From Podospora anserina (Eukaryota): a DNA stretch of 64,000 nucleotides. The stretch spans positions 7,502,001 through 7,566,000 of the forward strand of contig CM030332.1 of the NCBI GenBank assembly GCA_017654855.1. The letters run 5' to 3'. Positions 14,961 through 29,152 of the stretch are shown here, piece by piece. The number at the start of each line of letters is the position of its first letter. Position 1 is the stretch's first letter. The position numbers were made by a program, and so were the translations under genes. The notes beneath the pieces are model-generated. The model saw nothing but the letters and a program-made list of their open reading frames with translations, was not told where the DNA came from and searched no databases.

Positions 14961-14970
14961 AATTAAATAA

Positions 14971-15568
14971 TTAGTCGAAACCAGCGGGAAGCTCGAAGAT
15001 AGCGTTAGGGTTAAAGACGCTAGTAGCCTCCTAGTCTATAATACCGAAAGTACCTAACGATTGGGCTTAGCCGACTAAAGATTATTCGCCTAATAAATCT
15101 ATAGGCTCGAGCGAGGAGGGTACTAAGGCATCCACCTCGTTTAATAACTCTATTTCCCAACGAAAGAGTTCGGTACCCTAGTTATATATCGATTTACGTT
15201 ACTTACGGAAACGAGTTAAGGAGCTTAGTGTCTCTGTTAATAGATTCTTTTTCGCGGCTATTTCTTTATTAATTTTCTTTTATTTTAATAAGTTTTTAAC
15301 TACTACGACCGTTAGAAAAGAAGGACTATTACGCAAAACATAAGTACCTATAAAAATTAATTACGTTTAGCCTATCGTACGATTTACTTATTCGAACGTA
15401 ATTCGAGTAGCGGTTCGACCCCTCCTTTATAACGTAACGCCCTTAAGGCTTCGCACGTTAATAGCGGGAGTAAAGTATAACTTCGATACTATTTTAATTA
15501 ATCGAGGCGGAGAGAACTATTCGTTTACAAGTAGTATCGCGGTAACGTTTCTTTACGCGACCCGTCAT
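14971..15568 (-). pseudogene. Antisense accessory gene of D: six-Cys Zn-cluster-like domain, coiled coil, acidic tail; probable intron 15303-15351
   Basis: Intact ATG at 15568; de-RIP MPCSRCQRAKPQGRCVMKEGSNRCSNCVRMGKSCD; (G)TAGGT..CTAAC..TAG intron restores frame to ..LSSLARLRKQR..GVVDW. Confidence 0.7.
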
Positions 15569-15709
15569 CGTTAGGTATACCGAGGTAAGCTTATAGAAAG
15601 AAGAAAAGGAGGGGGGTTACTTACGCGCAGGAGAGAATAGTAGCGCTAAGGGTATAAAGGATAATAACGTCGAGTCTTTCGGAACGAAAGACGACGAGGG
15701 GGAGCATCG

Positions 15710-16132
15710 TGTCACAAACTAACCATATAGCAAGGCCAGGTGGAGACTGCAGCCGGCCATGCCTGCCAATTAGAGGAAAAAGACACGGCGGTAGGGCTGC
15801 AGGGTAGGATAAGGCTCACTGCTTGGCAAAGGTGAGCCGGATCACCACGCTCACCAGGTAAGCGCGGTAAGTTCTGAGGGATCACTACAGGTCGCTGGTA
15901 AGCGAGAGTAATCCAGGTACGAAGGTACTTAGGGATTTATGGTCTATATATATGGAGGAATTAAATAGCTTGTAAATAGTTCCGCAGTATGCAATCACAG
16001 TTTATATTTACGGTATCTTATATTTATATTGAGATATCTTGTTATGCACTGTTTAGCTACACCGAACCAATTGTCAGAAGAAGCCTTCAACCGAGTATCC
16101 CTTTCAGAGGTTCTGTACAGGGGTTCGTCACA
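15710..16132 (+). repeat. Gypsy D 3' LTR
   Basis: TGTCAC...GTCACA; TATA-like run ~15945. Confidence 0.95.
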
Positions 16133-16541
16133 CATAATGGTGTGATTTACAGGGCACCTTTGCTGCCGAAGGTTCTATAGATTTCCGTGAGTCTACACTA
16201 GACCTACCTAAGCCCACTAAATACCCCAAAGTGGTATAGGGGCTTCCAGGGCCTACAGGACCTATAGTAGGCTTACGAAAGCCTATATATAAACCTCTCC
16301 TCTCTCCTATAAAATAGTTTTCTTTCTTTCCTTAAGGGCAAAAGCTTAAGGCTAAGGCCAAAGGCCAAGGCCAAGGGTAATAAAAGCAATTTTTATTCTT
16401 TATACCTTACTGTATTACAGTGCTTTACCTTCCTTCGGCACTGCCGTCGTATCCTCCCGCTTCCGCTTGCGCACTGCTGTATTTTACAGTAACCCTATAT
16501 AGGTTCTATATTATAGGCCTATTAGGGCTTACTAGCTAATA

Positions 16542-16553
16542 GGTTATAAGCCC
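16542..16553 (+). promoter_or_regulatory. Copia B primer-binding site (internal tRNAiMet, half-tRNA type)
   Basis: GGTTATAAGCCC = RIPed GGTTATGAGCCC directly after the 5' LTR; same at 40285 in Copia C. Confidence 0.85.
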
Positions 16554-16610
16554 GGGTAACCACCTAGCCCGGAATCTAGCTTATTTATGCGCTTTTAGTC
16601 GACGTACCTA

Positions 16611-16903
16611 CAGCACTATACTATAAGCTATATAGCTTCTTACTAAGAAGCCTTTTCCAGTGGAATTAGCGCTGTACTACAGGCTTTACCACTGCTGTGA
16701 TTACAACCCTAGCTAATACTTCTAAGCTAATTTACAGCACTGTACTATAGGCTGTATAGCTTCTTACTAAGAAGCTTCTTTAGTGGAATTAGTGCTGTAC
16801 TACAGACTTTCTATTATTGTGACCATAACCCTAGGCTAATACCTTTAGGCTAATCGTCGACTTAAAGCACTGTACTATAGGCTATACAGCTTCCGAGAAG
16901 CCT
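16611..16903 (+). repeat. ~125-130-bp tandem repeat (about 2.3 units) in the Copia B leader
   Basis: GCACTRTACTATARGCTRTAYAGCTTC recurs at ~16613, ~16737, ~16868. Confidence 0.85.
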
Positions 16904-17641
16904 ACTTATTGACCTATACGGTTATTTCTACTAAGTCCTCGCCTTTACTATAGCTAACTAGCCTATAGATTAAAACCAGTTAGGTATTATAGAGGCTACT
17001 AGCCCTATAGTATAGGCCTTATAGGCCCATATCGACACTATTAAGGATAGGCTTCGGCAGGTTATATTACTACTTAAAGCTCAGGCTACTAAATAGCTAG
17101 TAGCTATACCGGCCACCCACACTACCGAGCCTCCCGTAGCTCTAGCTACTTCAGTACCTTCAGCACCTATTATAGAGCTTTTTATAGCGACCTTCAGCAC
17201 ACTTACTACAAAAGAGCTCGCCAAACAGTCCCTAAACCTCGCTAAATAACAGCGCCTTTTAGGACCCGATAATTATTAGTTTAAGGTGCGGCCACAGGCC
17301 TAAAAGTATAAGTAAGGAAGCGGGGCTCTTAGAGGACTTAGGGGTTTAGGGGTTATGTATATAAGCGGTCTACTTCGGACATTCTATTTTAAATAAGATA
17401 TTAACTTTTATTCTTTTCTTCGTATTTTATGCCTTACACGCGTGCAGGCAATTCTAGCCCTCTAATTAGGCCAATCCGGTACTTATTATATGGCCTGCGA
17501 GCTTATAGTGTCTTTTCTTTATCCTACGTAAAGTGCGGCCTACGAGCGAGTTATTATTACGTAGGTATATTTATTCTAAAACCTATTAAGGGTATATTTA
17601 TAATATTATAGTTATTTTATATATTTTTTTACTATTTTAAA

Positions 17642-17658
17642 TAGAGGTCGTGCCCGGG
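17642..17658 (+). promoter_or_regulatory. Family A PBS, probably complementary to the tRNA-Gln 3' end
   Basis: TAGAGGTCGTGCCCGGG (de-RIP TGGAGGTCGTGCCCGGG) 2 nt after the LTR; also at 51864-51880 (-). Confidence 0.7.
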
Positions 17659-18219
17659 TTAAGTAAAGCTTAGGGTCTAAACTAAACTTATAAACTCTAA
17701 ATATTAAAGGAAGTACGAAACTATAAATAATAATAAATATTAATAACTTTATTAAACTCCGTAAAGTTTAATAAAAATAATTTTTTTTTATTTAATCGGA
17801 TAAAACTCTTTTATTATCGATTAAACTTTAAACTTTTTACCCGTAAATAAAAAGTTAAATATATAATCCGGATAAAACCGGAAAATAAATTAAAAATATT
17901 AATTAAAACTAACTCGTTAATAAACTTTATTTCTATATTAATTATTAAAGTTCTTTCCTATTTTTAATTAAAAGGAATCTTTTTAATATATTATTTAATA
18001 ATAATAAATAATTATAGGGATTTCTAAATTAATTTAATTTAAAATATCGGGAATCTAAAAATAAAAAAACGAAAATACTTTCCTTTTAATTTAAATAAAT
18101 ATAATTTATATTTATATATTAGAATTATAAAGGATAATTATTTTTATATTTTTAATAATATATATAAAGAAAAAACTATATTATTAATATAAACGTAATA
18201 ATAATTATTAAATATTAAT

Positions 18220-21200
18220 ATATTTAATAATATTTTACTTATTATTTCGGTTAACTTTCTTAATAATAATTAAGGATATTAAACTCTTACGGCTCGTTCT
18301 ATAATAAAAGTAATTATTCCGGCGGCTAAATTCCCGAAATTATTATTATTTATTTTCTTTTTAACTACGAACCGCACTTATTTTAAAAATATTAAAACCC
18401 CTCGCTTCCTTTTTAATTAAAGTAGCCCGACTATAAAGTTTAACGCTCCTAACGTACTAAATAAACTTCGTACTTACCTAAATCCTATTATTTAAAATTA
18501 TATTATATTTCTTATTCGGTATACCGGATATCCCGCTCCTCTTCCTAAGTTCGTATATTAATTTTAATAACCCGGATATTTATATCCTATAGGAATTTAC
18601 CCCGACTATCGCTACTTCTAAAAATCCTTTACGTTTAATTATCTAACCCCCTATCCTATAATACCTATATATTTTCTTTAATATAAATTCTTTAATTTAA
18701 AAAAGATTAATTTTAAAAGTAATTTTAAAGGGAAGTACTTTATAGAATATTTAAAGTATTTCGAGAATATTTATAAAAAATATTATATTATAAAATTTAT
18801 TTTTTACGTTTATAAATTTAAATTTTAATATAATTTTAATATAAAAAAATAAATTAATAAATATATAAACTTACTTATATTTACCGATATTTAATTTATT
18901 TTAATTATCCGCCTTAAATACTTTTTTAAAATTTATAATTCCCGATAAAATAAAAATATTTATAAAAAATTAAATAATTTTTATATTAAAAGTATTTTTA
19001 AAAATATAAACGAGTTAAAGAAAATTATTTTTAATTATTTTAAATTACTCTTTCGCATATTAACCGGGGAGAAAAAGGTAGTAAAAGCTAAGGTTATTAA
19101 TTATTTTTAAATAAAATTCTTTAAATTAATAAAGATAACCTTTATTAATTAAGGAAAATCCGAACGTCGTTTAAGATCTATAAATTTTATTATTTAAAGT
19201 AATTAAATTAATAATATAATCGAAAATAAGTATAACGTAAGAGGAAAAATCTATAAAAAAAATAAATTAATTATTATACCCTCCTTTATTATTTTTAATT
19301 AAGCGGCCGAAATATTTAATTAATATATAGCGGTTAACGCTATAATAAATAAAAAAATAATATAATAATATTTAAAAATAAATATTTATAATAATTTTTT
19401 TATATCGGGAAATAATAAATTTAAGATAATAAGGACCCGCGTTTAATATTTAAAAGATTAAGTACTTTACTCTTTAAATTTTAATATTAACTTTAATAAG
19501 GAAATAAATTTATTTTTTAATACTTTCCTTATTATTAATATTAAAATTTAATTTAGAAAATTAAAAAGGTAATATCGTAATAGCCCTCCCTTATTAAAAA
19601 AGTATTTTTAATATAATAAAATTAATTATTATATTAAATTAATAAAATATTTGAAAAAGGAATATAATAAAGTATAAGGATTATATTATATTAAAGGAAG
19701 TAAAATATATATTAATAAAAAGGAATAGCCGGAAAATAAAAAAATATAGTTTAATTAAAAGGATATAAGGAAGGTATAGCGTAAAGGGAAGGTTAGCGAT
19801 TTAGTTTGTACTATAATTTTGTTAAAATTAAAACTAAATAAAACCTATAAAATTTATATAAAATAAATTAAATATTAAGAAACTCGTAAAGGTAAAGGAT
19901 ATAGGCCCGAAGTTTCTTTAATTAAAGGGAGGGAGTAAATAATTATTTAAATAATTAAAACTATAAATATTAAATTAAATAAATTTTATAAATACTTTAA
20001 ACTTTATATACCGTTTAATAAAAATTTAATTAGTAATTATATTATTAAAAATACTTTATAACGCTACTTAATAAAAAAATAATTATTTAAAAGTATTCTA
20101 AAATACTTTAATAATATTTTAATAATCGTTTATAATTAAAAAATAAAAATAGGGGTAGGCGTATAAGGAACGAAAAGAATAAGGATTAAAGATTTACCGA
20201 AAGAAAATATAAATAATCTAATTTTAATTAAAAATCCGAAAATAGTATTTACTTCCGTATAAAAAAAATTAAAAGTAATTAAAAAAGGAGTTTCGTCCGA
20301 TTAAAGGAATAAAGTCCAGAATAATTTAAAGTTATTTAATAATAAAGTAAAGGACTTTAAGGATTATATTATTAAAAAAATTAAAAAAGTATATTTATAA
20401 TTAAATTAAATTTATATTAAAAAAATATTATAAAATTTTATTTATATTTATTTATTAATTAATAAATTATATAAAAAATATAGCTGAGGATATTAAAATA
20501 ATCGAGTAACGTAGATTTTTTAAGAATACTTTAGATAAAAAGAGAAAAGTTTTATAGAAGGGGGAAGCTTTACCGTTAATGGTTTGGATAAATTTTTAAA
20601 CGGTTAAATATAGTAAAACTCTTCCGTTTAATTAAAAAAAGACTATCCCTATTTTATATAGGATTACGGTAAATAATAAGTATAGTATAGTCGAGGGAAA
20701 TATTTAAAAAAAAATTATTAAAGGTAAAGTTTAATCGGGTAATAGCTTAAAAGAGTGATTACGGACTTTATTATTTATATTTATTAATTAATTTTCCGGT
20801 AATAAATAAACTTTTTTAAAAACTATTATTTAAATTTATAACGTTTTATTATTATATTATAACTTTATTTTATTAATTTTAAAAAAAGTATTAATAATAT
20901 TAAATATAAATTCGGAATATAATTTAATTAATAAAATTATAATTAAAAAATTTTATTTACTAATAGTATTAACGAACCTATAGTTTAAAAGTTTTTATAA
21001 AAATCTAATTATATTTATAAATAAAATTTAAATTTTAATAATATTAATTAAGGTTTTAATTTTATATTATTTTTTTATTATTAATAATATTAAAATTTTA
21101 AATTTCTATAATTTATTATTAAGTATCCCGTTCTTTATAAATATAAATTTTATTTTTAATTTTATAAAGGGCTATATAATTAATATAAATATATTATATA

Positions 21201-24200
21201 AAAAAAAATTAATTAAAACCTATATAATAAAAAAGGAGGTAATTAATAAAATAAAGGCGGAATATAATAATAAAAATCGAGGTAATACCTTTTTTATTAA
21301 TTAATCCTTATAGGTATTTAAAGGATTAATTAATAAAAGAATATTTATTTTTAAATAAGTAACGGGGGAGCTAAAGGAAAGGAATAAAGTAATTAGAGGA
21401 CTAAATAAAAAAGTTAAATGTTTTTTATTTAATTTTATTTTAAGGGAATTAAGTTTACCGTTATTAAATTATTATTTAACGTTTAATATTATTTTTTATA
21501 AAAATAAAAAAAAGGAGGATATTAAAAGTAAACGAGGAAAAAATATTAATAATTAAAGGGAAGGAAAGAAAGGAAATATAAAGGACTATTAAAAAGAAAA
21601 ATCTTTATTTTAGTTTAAAAAAATAAAAATTATAATAAAAACTTTAATTTCGGACGAAATTTTTAAAAAAAAACGACCGTTACTACCGACTTTTATAATA
21701 AGTTTATATTTAATACCGTTATTACTATTATTAAAAATATTATTACCGTTTAATTAAAGGATTAATAGGATAGTTTTATTTAAGCCCGATATAATATTTT
21801 TATATTTAAAAATATTTAATTAGTTTTTTATTTAATTAAATTAATATAACTTCTTTACTATATAATTATATAAATATTATTTACTTCCGCCCTTTTTTAA
21901 AAAAAAAAATAATATAAAAACTAATTTAATTATTACTTTTAAATAAGCCTAATTAACGCCTATAAATATTATTACTATTATTATAATATATAAAAGGGTA
22001 AATAAAAAGGTAAAGCCGGTTAATAATATTAAATTAAATAATAATACTCTTAAAGGAAATCCGAATTAAAAAGTAAGGAGATAGGCGGTAGTTAAAGAAT
22101 CTTTATAATACGGTTTAAAATTTAATAATATTATAGTTTTTAAGTTTTTTAAAATAATTAAAGGATTATACTTTATTTTAAAACGCTTAACCGATTTAAT
22201 TAAATAAATTATTAATATTTTAATAAATTAGGAAGTTAAAATATTTATAATAATTTTATTTGTAAGGGAAGTTATATTAATATAGGATTTTACTAAGTAT
22301 AAATAAATCCTTAAAGAAATTTTCTTTACTTAATATATTAGGATTATCTTTTATAAAGCGTAGTAAAATAAATTTATTTCGATTTTAAAGTTACTTATAA
22401 AAAAAATTATTAATTTTTTTAAAAAACGAATTAAAAAAAATATTATTAAAGAAATATATAGTCTTTACTATAATAATTAATTTTTAATAAAAAAAAAAAT
22501 AGTAACCTCCGTTTAATTAACGATATTTAGAAATATAATAAAGTTACGTAACGAAATACTTTTATTTTATTAAGTATTAAGGAGTTTAGCGAGGACTTTA
22601 TAGGGTACTTTATTACTTCTTTATTTAATTTCTTCTCCGGATATAATTAAATTAAATTAGCTTTAACGAGCCGAAACCTTATTACTTTCGCGATATTTAT
22701 TAGCTTATTTAAGATATATACTTTACTTTAAGGAGTTACTAATTTAGTAACTTAATTTTAAAAAACTATAATTAAAATCTTTTAAAATTTTATTTTATAA
22801 ATATATTAACTATACTTAAATAATATTATAGTAAAAAGATTAAAGTAAGACTATAATAGTAAAGAAAAAAGGTTAAAAGTTAAAAAGTAGGTCCTAAAGT
22901 ACTTAAAGAATATCGATATAGTTTTATTTAATTATAAATTTATAAAAACTATAATTATAACTATAAAATCCCTTTAATATAAATAGGAAATTATTATTTT
23001 TAATTATTCTTATATACCGGACGGGCGTTTCCTTAATTAAATAAAAATAATAAAAATAAAGGAATAACGAATTTACTATAGTCTTAAAGATATTTATATA
23101 TTTTTAAAGATTATCGGTTATTATCGGCTATAAATACCTTTTTTTAATTTAATTATAATTCTATTATATTTTTTAATAAAGAAGGATACGAAATAAAAAT
23201 AAATAAAAGTTTAATAGGGTACGATAAAGTAATTTACTTTTTTAATTATAAAGGTACTATATTTAGCTTTTTTAACGTTTAATAATAACCGTTTCGGTAA
23301 AATCTTTATTATTTTTAATATAAATTTAACGAGGTAAGGAACGGTAATTAAATAAGTAGGATTTAATAGAAAATAATATCTTTATTAGTTTAAAAAGAGT
23401 ATTTAAAGCCCGGTTAAATAAAAGTATAATGCTATTAAGAGGGAGTTAAAAGGATTATTATATACTTTAAGGAGATTTAGAAAGTATTTTTTCGGGGTAT
23501 ATTTTATAATAGAAACGGACGTTTAAATAGTAATTTATTAAATTTAGGAGGCGGTTAATAATATTTTTAATATTTTAATAATAAAATAATTAAAATAAAT
23601 TAAACTTTTTAATTTTATAATTATTTATATTTTTAAAAGTAAAAATTTTATAATAAATATATTATTAAGAAAGTTATTTAGCCCTTTTAATTTAAAGGAA
23701 AAGGAATTAAAGTTAGATATTAATAATAAGGTTAATATAAGGATTTAGAAGAACGATATTTAAAAAGTAAGTATTTAATAAATAAATATTAAAAAGAAAA
23801 AAAGAAAATTATTAAATAAAGCCCTTATTTAAATAAATTATAATTTCTTTATTCCTATACTATTACCGAGTTCCTCGCGATTAATATAAAGTTAAAAATT
23901 AAAATAAAGTTTAACGTTTAAACTATTAAAAATAATATTTTAAAAATAATTTTCGAAAATAAAGTTTTATTTTTTAAATTAAATAAAGGAAGCTTTTCCC
24001 CTAAAAGAATTATTAATTTTTTAATCGAGTAGGAAAAAATCTTTAATATATATTATAACGAAATAAGTTATAAAAGACGGAAAGTTACTTATATTTAAAT
24101 AATAAAAAATTATTATTAAAAAAGTATATATATTAATATTAAGGTTTAAATTAAAATATATAAATAATATTAATAATAAAGCCCGAAATATTAAAAGGAT

Positions 24201-25560
24201 TAGTATTTATATATTAAGCTTTTAATTACTTTATTTATAAAGTAGTATTTAAACGTTTAGTTTTTATTAACGATTTCGAAAAAAAATATTTATTTTTTAA
24301 AAGCGAAGAATAATTTAATTAGGTATTTAAAAATAAAGGTTTTAAACTTAAATAAGGTTTTTAGGGTTAAAAACTTTATTTTATATAATATTATTTTTAG
24401 ATAGGGTTACTCTTTAATTATAGTAATAGACGGCGGATTAAAATTTAAAAAGGAAATTATTAAGATTTTAGAGAGGTTAAGAGTTTTTCGGGTAATAGTT
24501 TTACTTTATAACGTAAAAGTAAATAAAATAACGGAATTTAATTATATTTTAATTATATTAATACTAATAAAAATAATAAATAGAACGGAAAAAAAATAAA
24601 AATAGTAACTCCCTTATATATTATTTATTAATAAAATTATAATATAAAGTATTTATAAGTATAATATTTTTTATTTAATATATAAGTTTAACTTTATTAC
24701 GCTAATTAAAAAGGACGTACCGTTATAGAAAGTCGTTTAATAAAAAAAAATTAGTTTCGATAAATTAGGAAAATATTAAAAGGAAAGAGTAATTATAGAT
24801 TTAATAAAAGTAAGGACGAGATTATTAAAAACTTAAGAAATAAATTTAATTTTAGTAATTAAAAAGGTTAGTATAGTAAAATAGAAAGCCATAGTAAAAA
24901 AAAATAAAAAAGAGATTCGTAATATTAAGTCTAAAAATAGTATAATTAAAAGGGAGGACTTAATATTAATATATAAAATAAATAGAAAGTTAAATATAAA
25001 TATAATAAAGAAGCTATAGTACCGTTAGAACGGCCCTTTTAAAATAAGGAAAGTTAAACTAAATAATATTTATTACTTTCTAAAAATATTAAATAAAGTA
25101 TTATTACGAGTTTTTTATATATTAAATAGGGTAAAGAAGTTTTTTAAGTTAAAAAATATATATATAAATAAAGAGGATATAAATATATAATTAGGATTAA
25201 AAAGAATTAAGTAAGTATTTAGGAATAAAGTAAAGGAAGGTATAAATATAATAAAAAATAAAAATAAAAAAAAAAATAATAAAAAAAATATTAAAGAAAA
25301 TAATAATTAGGGGGAAGATTTAAATAAAACGGAAAAATATTAAAGTATAAAAAAAATTTAAAAAAAATAAAAATATAAAGGTAGTCCTAAAGAAAGGTAA
25401 ATTAAAGGATTTTTTAAGTAATTAAAGGAAAATAATAATAAAAGTATTATAATTATTATTTTTTTTTAAAAGGGTATTAAAATTTATATTATAAAAATAA
25501 AATTATAAAAGTTATTTATTTTTAAAGGAAAAAAAAATATTAAAGGAAGTAATTAATTAA
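18220..25560 (+). pseudogene. Family A gag-pol (RIPed); ends approximate
   Basis: De-RIP RT motifs FAGYPVTSLLDFFSGYDQ, LPQGATNSV, YLDDI; RNase H HFTVETDA; integrase DGG.EFK; RWDGPF ~25022-25039. Confidence 0.82.
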
Positions 25561-28500
25561 AGTAAAGATTATTATATTAAATTTTTAATTTTTTCTTTTT
25601 TTTTTCTTATTATTTTTTTTTCCGATTTACTCCTCTCTTTATACCCCTTCCTCTAATTTAAGGAAGTAAAAGATTATTTTTTTTCTTTTTTTTTCTCCTT
25701 TTTTTTATTTATTTATTATTTTTTAAATTCTTTATATTTAGTCCGCTATTCTTCCTACTTTTAATCCTAATCGACTTTTTTATTATTAAAAATTAAATTT
25801 ATAGTATTATAATTTAACTTTAATAACCTACTATTATTAAAATCCTTAAAATAAAAGCTATTTTTATTAATATTAAATTATAAATAATAAATATTTTTAT
25901 ATTAATAATTTTTATATTTTTAATCGAAATCCTTTTTTTCTATATAACTAAAGTATAATTATATTACTTTAATTTTAATCTTATCGAAAAATATTACGAA
26001 AAACCGGTAATAACTTTAATTATATTTATTATATAAATTAATATAATTAAATCTAATATATTAATATTAAACTAAATCTAATTAGGGGGGCGATATTTAT
26101 AATAATTTAATAATTTAAATAAATAAGTTTTTAAAACGATAAACCTATTTAATAATTTCGAAAATTTAATACCCGAAAAATTATTTATTAAACCGTTTAA
26201 CGAAAATCCGTTTAACAAAACCGGTCGATAACGTTTTAAAAATATAATTAATAATAGTTTTATCTATACTAATATCCTTAAAAAGTAATTATTACTCTTT
26301 TTTACCCCCCTTCTTTATTAAATTAAGGAGGAACTATTTAAAGTAAAGGGAAGTAATTATATATTTAAGATTTAAAAAAAAAATTTTAAAATATTAAAAA
26401 ATAGTTTAATAGGGGAGAGAAATATTATAATAAATATTAATATTTTTAAATATAATAGAATTATAAATATAAATAAAATATTAAATTTAAATATATTTTT
26501 TATAAGTAATACTTTAATTATTAAGAATACGGGTAAAATTAATAGGATAATAAGTAAGGGTAGTAAGTAAAGGCTTTTAAATAAAGTTTATAGTAACTTT
26601 AAATTAATTATACGTAATAAAGTTAAAAACTTTTTTAATTTAATTAAAAAGTTTTTTAATAAAAAAGGTTATAAATATTTAAGTAGTAAGGTCGTTAATT
26701 GTTTAATCGAATAAAGTAATAAATTTCTTTAAAGAAAAGGTTATTAGGAAAAAATAATTAATAAATATTAAAAAAAATAAAAAGTAAACGGGAATAAAGA
26801 AAATTAGTATAGGTATTTATAATTAGAGGATAGGACGGTACGATTGGTCTTATAAACCTCTATAGGAGGGAGATTTATTAAAACGTTTTTTCCTTTTTAA
26901 ACGGTTTACGTAATTATTTAATAATTTTACTTTATAAACTAAGTAAATAATAGAGAATAAAGATTTACCGAAGACTTTTTTTTTTTTTTAACTTTTTATT
27001 TTAAAAAAAAAAAAAAATTCTTTACTTCCCTTTCGATAACCCTTTAATTATAGATTATACTATATATTATTCCCTCTTAATTTTTATAAAATAATATTAT
27101 TAATGTTTTTTATAAAGTTTATTTATAATATATTATAAAAAAAATTTACTGTTATTAAAAAATTCGGCCCTTTTAATAATCTCGTTAAAAAAATTATTCG
27201 AAAAACGCGCCTTTAAAATATTAATAAAATTTATAATTTTAATCCTCCGTATAATATTTTTTTTTTTTAAAATAATAATATTTTTTAGCTTATTCGTTTT
27301 AACTTTAATTTAATTACCGACCTAGAAAATTATATTATAGAAAAGCAGTTTAACTAAATTAATATTACTTTCGTAAAGTAATTTTCGATTAATATTATTA
27401 AATATTTTTTTTTTAATTTAAAAATAATAATCCTCCTTAATCGAATTTATATTTACGGTATTTATATAGTTTCCTTTATTTATATTATATATAACCTTTA
27501 AAGTTAATTAAAAATTAAATAATAATTTATTAACTCGGTCCTTACCTATATTTTTTAATATTTTTTTTAGGAAATCCTTAAGCGTTATATATAGATTTTT
27601 AAAAAGCCTTTAAACCCTATTATAATAAAGTTATCGATATATTTTTTTTTATTTAATAATAATTATAATACTTTTAACCGATAATATTAAGTCCTTTTTA
27701 TTTATATTAATAACGGAAATTATTAAGTAATAAATATTTATAACGTTACTATTAGTATTTTAATTTATATAGATTTGTTAAAAAATTAAAAAAAGTATTA
27801 AATTAATACTATTTTTTATTTAATATTTTATATTCGTTACGCTTTTTACTATAATTTTAATATAAAAATAAAAAAATTAATTTATAGTAAATAGGGCGGG
27901 GCGTAAGAATATAGTTTTTAGGTTTTAAAGTATTACTATATTTACTTTTAAAAAGGTATTTCGTATAGTAAAGAAAAGGATTTAACGGTAATAAAAATTT
28001 AAAAAAAAATCGTTACTATAGAGATTATAAAACTGTAGGTATTACGGGGAAAAAAATAATAAAGTTATAAATAATTTATATAAAAAGGTTTTTAAGTTAT
28101 AAACCTAATTAAAAAGTATATAATAAGAAATAAAGAAGGAAGGGCCTAAAGGATTTAATAAACGCGGAAGGATTTAATTTACTAAATACCCTCTCGTTTC
28201 CTTTTAAGTTTTTATTAATTTCCTAATTTACTTCCCTCTTTAATTTTTTATTAACTTTAATTATTACTATTAAAAAAAAAAAATATATTGTAAATTTTCC
28301 CTTTAATTATAAAAGGTTTAAATTAAATAATATATCGAATAACTTTTAACGATTAAATAAAATAATAACCCCTTTTAGGTTCTATACTCCTATAATAATA
28401 GACTCGCCGCTCCTCTCTAGGCCTATAATTACTTATCCCCTTACTTATAATTACTTAAAATCGTTAATAATATACTTTTCGTTTAATTATATATTTAGTT

Positions 28501-29152
28501 TTATAAGATAAAAGTAAGTTCCTAAAGTTCTTTAAAAATAAAGGGAGGAGGTCGTTAAGTTACTAATTATAATAGCTCGATAGGGATAAAAGTATACTTT
28601 AAGATCCGAAAAGTAAAGGTATTTTTCTTTTTAATTAAGGAAAAATAAATAAAAGAATAGTAAAATTATATTATTTTCCCTTTTTTTTACTAAATAATAT
28701 TTTTTTTTTTTTTAATTTATAAAAGATTTTTTTTTATATATATATTTACTTACTAATTTATAGTAATTAAATATAAAGGGAGGTTTAATTTAGGGTACGG
28801 CTATAGGCTTAAAAGTATAAATAAGGAAGCGGGGCTCTTAAAGGACTTAAGGGTTTAGGGGTTATATATATAAGCGGTCTACTTCGGACATTTTATTTTA
28901 AATAGGAAATCGACTTTTATTCTTTTCTTCGTATTTTATACCTTACACGCGTATAGGTAATTCTGGCCCTTTAATTAAGCTAATCCGGTGCTTATTATAT
29001 AGCCTGCGAGCCTATAGTGTTTTTTTTTTATCCTACTTAAAGTGCGGCCTGCGAGCGAGTTACTGTCACGCAGGTGTGTTTATTTTGAGACCTATTGAGG
29101 GTATATTTGTAGTGTTGTGGTTATTTTGTGTGTTTTCTCACCATTTTACTAC

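Larger units (their letters stand above)
8729..16132 (+). mobile_element. Chromodomain Ty3/Gypsy element D, full length (7.4 kb), RIP-inactivated
   Basis: 423-bp LTRs; 5-bp TSD TATAA/CATAA (CACAA in intact B LTR); gag, PR, RT, RH, IN, chromodomain; PPT GAGGGGGAG. Confidence 0.95.
8501..16541 (+). repeat. Copia B 5' LTR, split (8501-8728 and 16133-16541) by Gypsy D
   Basis: The two halves rejoin to the LTR seen intact at 32631-33249 and 36900-37534. Confidence 0.93.
17277..29148 (+). mobile_element. Gypsy family A copy 2, full length (11.87 kb), Ylt1-like, inserted in Copia B gag
   Basis: LTRs 17277-17639 and 28786-29148; 4-bp TSD TTAT/CTAC (RIP-equivalent); removal restores Copia gag GPDNYQQW. 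Confidence 0.94.

Noticed and set aside
16611-16903. Spaced repeats as a CRISPR-like array
   Set aside because: Whole units are duplicated with no unique spacers; eukaryotic TE context
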